A stretch of 64,000 bases of DNA from Octopus vulgaris (taxonomy: Eukaryota), in assembly GCA_951406725.2 (NCBI GenBank), contig OX597824.1, positions 44,454,001-44,518,000 of the forward strand. Reading direction: 5' to 3'. Made by a program: the position numbers and the translations under genes. The notes beneath the pieces were generated by a model. The model ran no database searches. It worked only from the letters and a program-made list of their open reading frames with translations, and was not told the origin of the DNA. Positions within the stretch are counted from its first letter, which is position 1; every line of letters starts with the position of its first letter. Of this stretch, positions 57,298-64,000 are shown piece after piece.

Positions 57298-60200
57298 TAT
57301 CTTTATATTTCATCATCTACTTGCTTCAGTCATTGGACTGCTGCCATGCTGGAGCATCGCCTTGAAGGATTTAGTTGTACAAATGAAATCTAGTATTTTT
57401 TTTCTAAGTTAGGTATGTATTCTATTAGCCTTTTTTGCCAAACCATGAGGTTACAGGGATATAAACAAACCAACACCGGTTGTCAAGTGGTGAAAAAGAC
57501 TAACATAAATACAAACACACACACACATAAACACACACACACACAACTGGTTTCCACACAATTTCCATTTACTAAAGTGACTCAAAAGGCATTGGTCTGC
57601 CCAGAGCTAGAGTGAAAGACATTTGCCCAAGGTGCTGTGGAATGAGACTAAACCTGAAACCACATGGTTGCAAAGTGAGCTTCTTAACAACACAGTCATG
57701 CCTGGGACTTCTTCCAGTTTTCATCCACCAAATCTATTCAGAAGGTTTCTGTCAGTCCAGGGCTGTAGTAGAAGTGTTTTAGAATACAGATCATATGTTT
57801 AGGCTGTAAATCTTAAGACTGAAAGCTATATTAATAAACTTTTCCATTTTATGGGTAATTTAGTCTGTTAATATAAATTGTACAGCACAAACAGCACAGA
57901 TCACTAATAGAGTCAAACTGAGACAAGTGACCAGTGAGCTGTGAAAAGTGGCAGTGTGTCACATATTATCGGACTCTTTTGAGAAGTCTTTCAAAATTAA
58001 TTGAAAAGATGAAAATTCTCACTACTATATGAGTGAAAAAATTTGAAATACAGTTGCAATACGTGAGGATGTATTAAAAGATTTAGTTCAATAGTATATT
58101 TTTCACACTTATTGAAATGAAAACTACAGAGGCTATGGCTGAAATAAACTGAAACATAGTCATGCACTGAATATGTCCATAAAACATCAATTTCAAGGAT
58201 AGCTTGATGCTAATTTAGTTCTTATCCTTATGAAATTTCAGTTTCAAAATTGAATAACACTGTCATACCATAATTAGCCTAAATGAATTGAATGACATGA
58301 CAACCTCTCGTTCTTAGTTTAGAACTTAGTATTTAGTTTTTTGCCACTTTGACATTTATATATGAACTTTATAGTGAATTTCAGTTTGTATTTTCCATAT
58401 TTTGAAATATAATCTTACTTTTTCAAGGCACACTTAATTACATCATGTGGCACACAGTTTGGGAACCAGAGGGTTTGAGTGTTTGATTCATGATCATAAT
58501 GTCATGGGTTTAATTCCTGGACTAGGTAATATGTTGTGTTCTTCAGCAAGGCACTTCATTTCACATTGTTCCAGTGCATTCAGCCGAAAATAAATACCAA
58601 TTGAGTGCTGGTGCAGCTTTCTTTTCCTCCCTCCAACTGTCACACTCTAGATGTGACATTGGATCAAAGAACGGGATAGTTGAGACAGTGTCTGTGCATG
58701 CTCATTACTACATAGATATCTAAGCAATTAGCAAATGCACAGTACATGTTATCACAACACATTTGTTCACTGGCTCTCACACAATTGCAACATTGGATTA
58801 GTTCCAAATATTTGGCCAACTACTGTGTAATCAGCCAGTTTGAGATAAATTAATACTGCTCAAAATAGAACAATAAGAGCCAGATTTTTTGTTTACACTG
58901 GTTTCACAGATTCCCAAATACATTTTGTCACTATCCAATTCCATTATTATGAATTTGAATTGAGAGCTTGAGTCATAGTGATTCTTTTATTAGCTGATTA
59001 CACAACCATGAATGCCGCCCATAAGGATGTGTTGCAGTTACTCTCTTGATAGAGCTTGGTGGTCCTGGCCATTGATCTTCTAGGATTCCTCCACTCAGCA
59101 TCAATGTAAGAAGCGCCATTAGCTCAGTTGATTTCTTCCACTACCTCTTCACAATCTGCCATGCTGCAGTCCCATGACTTTGCTGTATCCCTGGCAAGGT
59201 GGCTGAATGGGTACTGTGCTTTGCCAAAGGGCAGTCGTAACTATGCAGAGCACGGTCATTATTCTGTAAGGAATTTTCAAAACACCCGCTTAGAGCCAAA
59301 TTACTGGGTTTTAAAACTTTTTTGTGTCAGGTGTTTCCAGTAATGATGCAAAGAGAACCAAATCTTAAGCAATACTAACTATTCTTTTGGGCCAAAATAT
59401 GTACCAAAGAGAAAAGTGTAACTCATTGATAAAGGCAGTAGAGAATTTGTATAATTAATGAGATTATGTGTAATTAATATAATTAATAAGTACAGAATTT
59501 GTATAATTAATGCCAACAGCACTATGCACAAAACTTGCTATAGGCAAAATTCTAAGAGAGACGAATAGGAGAAAGAGGGAGTGGTGGTTGTAGTGGTTCT
59601 GTTTGCTGAATAGCAACAACAGCTATGAGGGTACCACTAGAAACATCAGCCAAATCTTCCTTAAATCACATCTGAAATAAGGAATGGGCACATTAGATAA
59701 TGCTGTCCTACACATTCTAAAAAAGATGGAATAGCTTTGATCATAGGTCTGCATGAGCAGAGTTGATCTGAGGCTAATCTACAATAACAGTGACAAAATA
59801 GCTAGAAATTAACTAAATTTCATGATCTTGTAGTCAGTAGGAACTTTGAAGCGAGACAATTTGATGGATAATCTAGCTTTTATTGTTTATCCAACAGTAA
59901 TTCACTAAAATTTTAGATCTGTTGAAAAGTGATCAGGTATAGTTGCACAGAATGGATTGAACTGCAGAGAATCACTACCATCGTCGCCGCCACCACCACC
60001 ATTCTTTTAACTGCTAGTCCCGACTTGTTTCCAAGCAATAATCTCACAGTCTATCAACAAACAGTCAAGACATGCTTTTGCAGTGGACTGCAAGCAAATG
60101 ACAGTCAGCAAAGCCCTTGCTTACAACCTCTGAGGAAAATCTGAACACACACAAACATATATAATTTGGGTGTGAGTGTGTCTCACACACAGAAGACATT

Positions 60201-60877
60201 TGCCCAAGATGCCATGTAGTGGGGTTGAACCCAAGACCATGTGATTAGGGAACACATTTCTCAATCACACAGTTATGATCACACTCTATGTAAAATTTGT
60301 ATCTTTTTCTAAGTGTTTGTATAATATTAAAAAAAAAACTCTAGTGGACATCTAAATTCTGCTCTGTTGACTGATAATTAAATATTTGTGATGATGGATT
60401 CTCATTTTGTATATATTATTCCAGCAGCAGAGGAAATCTTTTTAAGTTTGCAAAATCTAGGCATCATATTTTCTTTCTAATAAGTATGAACCTTATATAC
60501 TCTGAGATACACTAAAATATACTCTAACTACAAACTTACCAACACCCTGTGTCCTTCATCTACTCACACTTCAATGGATTCCATTTCTCTAGATTTGACA
60601 AATATATACCACTTGAAATACTAGCCAGTTTTTCCTTTTTTATCATTTCTACAGTGTTGCACCTATCAAGAACTTGTACACTCTCTCTGTAACACCATTG
60701 CCCTTCTGCATTGACCCTCCATCTGCTGAAATGAACTGTTTGCATTGAACTGACCAGGTTGGAAGGGCCCACAAAGGCTATACCTTCTTTATCTGATTAA
60801 TAAATAATTTTTTTTAAATGTTGAAAGTAATGTATACAGTACATACTGTGAGGTATGTACAATCCTTATTGTCATTG

Positions 60878-60878
<1 letters not shown>

Positions 60879-60914
<36 letters not shown>

Positions 60915-61230
60915 TTAACATCTGTTTTCCATGCTGGCATGGGTTGGACAGTTTGACAGAAATTGGCAAGTCAGGAGACTGCACCAAGCTCTACTGTTTG
61001 CTTTGGCACAGTTTCTATATTTGGATGCCCTTCCTAGTGCCAACCACTTCACAGAGTGTACTGGGTACTTTTTATGTGGCACCAGTAACAGTGAAGTCAC
61101 CAAATAATTTCCAAGAGAAGACCCCCTCAAGTGAGCTGGGGAGTACTGTTGAGGAAGGTGGCTTTGTACTAGATGAAAGGTTAGAGTATGAGTAGAGGGA
61201 CAGAAATAGACACCTTGTAGTAACAGATAT
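60879..61230 (-). mobile_element. Old RTE-tail retroposon
   Basis: (TCA)n plus tttaacatctgttttccatgctggcatgggttggacag. Relatives at about 17490-17880, 37075-37155, 49600-49730, 50080-50272 and 51045-51195. Confidence 0.75.
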
Positions 61231-61853
61231 ACATAGCTATCTCAGAAGGAGAGAGCGTGGAGAGAGGGAGATAGGTGAGAGAAAGGAGAGAGAGAGAGGG
61301 GAGAGAGGTGTGATGTGAGTAATCAGAGAAAATAACATTAGCATCAAAACTAACAAAAACGTCAAGATTATTCATTAATTGTTATAGAGTAAGTAGCATA
61401 CAAACTGATAAAGCAACAGCTAACCTCCTCTTTTAAACAAATCTTTACTATCTATAATGACAGGTACCACAAAAGAGAGTTCAAATTCTAAAATTCTAGG
61501 ATAATCAAGCAAAAGGAAGGACATAATTAGAAAGCTTCTGATAAACCTAACATAAATTTGTTCAGGTCATTACTAAATGTTTAATGTGTTACTCTTCCAC
61601 CTGCTATAGTGCCATAATTTACTGGAGCTGCTCAGTTACTCAATAATTCAACGAACAAACAACACTAATGAAAGAACATGTAGGAAAGTCTCTCAAACTG
61701 CTAAAATATTCAATGATTATGCTTGATTGAAAAGGTCTAATAAGGATTTCTGATATAGGCACAAGGCCTCAAATTTTAAGTTTGAGAAACAGTTGATTAC
61801 ATCAATTCTAGCACCTGACTTTGGAAGAATAAATGGTAAAGTTGACCTCAGTG

Positions 61854-62580
61854 CAGGGCTGTTGCTAAGCCCTTGCAGTTGCAGGGGGCCTCCATGGTTG
61901 AGGGGCCCCATGTTAAGATCAAACTACATAGATGAGCCATCTATTTACTTTGGTTAAGATGTTAACTGAAAAGACAAGGAAAAAAATATGAGGGTGTACT
62001 GTAAATAAATTTAAAAGAAACGAAATAAGTAAACGAAAAAAGCTTTTCAACAAATTCCTTAGGAAATAAGAACAACTTCAAGAGAAAAGATACAAAAAAG
62101 AAGCAATGGTGATGAAAGGTCAGAGTTGTATACTTATACATACATACAAACATACACACACAGGCATACATACATACACACACGTATATATGTCTGGCTT
62201 TTAGCTGTTTTGTTTTATGAAGTCCATTCACAAGGCTTTGGCCAGCTCAGAGGGAAAAAGAAAGAGAGAGACATGTACCTATTTCTTTATTACCCACAAG
62301 GGGCTGAACATAGAGGGGACAAACATGGACAGACATAGGTATTAAGTCGATGATATCGACCCCAGTGCTTAACTGGTACTTAATTTATCAACCCCGAAAG
62401 GATGAAAGGCAAAGTCGACCTCGGCGGAATTTGAACTCACAACGTAACGGCAGACGAAATACCGCTAAGCATTTCGCCCGACGTGCTAACGATTCTGCTA
62501 CCAAACACACACATATCGCTTAGTCTCGCTGTCTCTCCCTCTTTCTCTATTCATTTCTCTCTCCATGTGTGTGTATATAA

Positions 62581-62616
<36 letters not shown>

Positions 62617-63043
62617 TTGGTGTTGTTATTTGATGTTGAAAAGCTGGTCACTTTGTACCCAGAACAGTAGCCTTTGACCTCCTAAGGCAATAAAAACTGG
62701 AGGCAAAATTCTTTCTGTACCAAAAACAAAGTGTGCGTGTGTGAACATTCGCGCGCACGCACACACACACAGAAGTTTGTGTGAGTGTATGTATGTGTGT
62801 GTATCTATCTATGTACAGAGGGGTAGAAAAAAGATATACCGTAAGTTTTTTTTTTTTTATGTGTTGTATTTTAGAATTATCATAGCAGACTCTGCTGTGA
62901 TGATTCTAAAATCCAACAAGCTGTAAGGGACTATGATTTTTGCAGATAATAAAAGTGCATAGATTATGAATTTTGATTGAAAAGATGGGGGCCTTGAAAC
63001 AAAAAGTTGCAGGGGGGCCTCTAAAAGTCATGCAATGGCCCAG
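61854..63043. mobile_element. hAT-like non-autonomous element inserted in a SINE and itself carrying SINE insertions
   Basis: TIR cagggctgttgc / gcaatggcccag, subterminal ggggcc(c/t) motifs, 8-bp TSD (c/a)ctcagtg at 61846-61853 and 63044-63051. Confidence 0.7.
62277..62500 (-). mobile_element. Young SINE family A
   Basis: Near-exact reverse complement of 63223-63455; CpGs retained. Confidence 0.9.
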
Positions 63044-63222
63044 ACTCAGTGAGGTATTTAAGCTTGGAATGTAAAGGGCCATAAACAACAAAAAGCATTT
63101 TGCTTGATGCTAAAACAATTCTACCAATCCACTGTCTTTTTTTGTGTTAAGAAACAAAAGCATGTAGTTTAAGCCACATAAACTACATTTCACAGGGAAG
63201 TTTGATAATGGTTTATAATTTA

Positions 63223-63455
63223 GGCAGTGAGCTGGCAGAAACATTAGCATACCAGGCGAAATGCTTAGCGGTATTGCGTCTGCCGTTACATTCTGAGTTC
63301 AAATTCCGCCGAGGTCGACTTTGCCTTTCATCCTTTCGGGGTCGGTAAATTAAGTACCAGTTACGTACTGGGGTCTATGTAATCGACTTAATCCGTTTGT
63401 CTGTCCTTGTTTGTCCCCTCTGTGTTTAGCCCCTTGTGGGTAGTAAAGAAATAGG
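63223..63455 (+). mobile_element. Young SINE family A
   Basis: Full copy; TSD ggtttataatttaggca at 63210-63226 and 63454-63470. Confidence 0.9.
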
Positions 63456-64000
63456 TTTATAATTTAGGCACATTGTTAGCAATTTTGAGGAAAGAATGTT
63501 AGTTAATACCATTGAACCATGTTAGTTAATACCATAACTGGTACAGGTACTTTATTTTTTTCGACCACACTATTGAAGTAGTGCTTTATTTCATTGACCC
63601 CCCCCCCCCAAAAAAAAAAGTATGAAAGGCAAAGTTGATCTCAGCAGGCTTTGATCTCAGAATGTAAAGAGCTGAAAGACATGGGTGCAAAGTATTTTTC
63701 TAATGCTCTAACAATTCTGCTAGCTTGCTTACCTTTATTACGGGGTCTAATAAAAAGACTGAATCATGTCTAGAAGTGCCTGATAAAGATCAGACTAATA
63801 TACTTACCACTGCATTACCTATTTCAAATTTTAATTAATTGCAATTATAATGTATTAGCATTTTTTTTTTGTTTTTTAAATTACTTTCCCTTTGATTTTC
63901 AGTTCTGGCCCTTGCTTTTATTTGTTTTAGTTAATCATTCAACAATATTTATCTCTGCATAATACAGGCTTAGTTTCAATGAATTAGAGTTAACATGCTC

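Overview
AT-rich, repeat-dense eukaryotic DNA. The SINE/LINE repertoire looks like an octopus (coleoid cephalopod) genome, though that assignment is from memory, not a search. The only host gene I can support is the RAD51 paralogue XRCC3 on the minus strand: three phase-1 coding exons (41697-41834, 27106-27198, 5654-5776 with Walker A) separated by 14.5 and 21.3 kb introns. I did not find the first or later exons. The rest is transposon-derived: two RTE LINE copies, four mariner relics (one nearly intact, 27733-29023), a Tc1/maT fragment, a Penelope-like GIY-YIG module with inverted ends, an R4/Dong 3' end, hAT and piggyBac MITEs, many SINEs, a U6 fragment and very long (TA)n tracts. The most interesting signal is invisible in the ORF track. 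One XRCC3 intron holds, within 5 kb (21.7-26.4 kb), three unrelated families of small non-coding elements carrying type I hammerhead ribozymes. One is a young repeat-spacer-repeat (retrozyme-like) unit predicted to release a 577-nt RNA. The intact ribozymes lie antisense to the gene, while the two sense-oriented ones are disabled.
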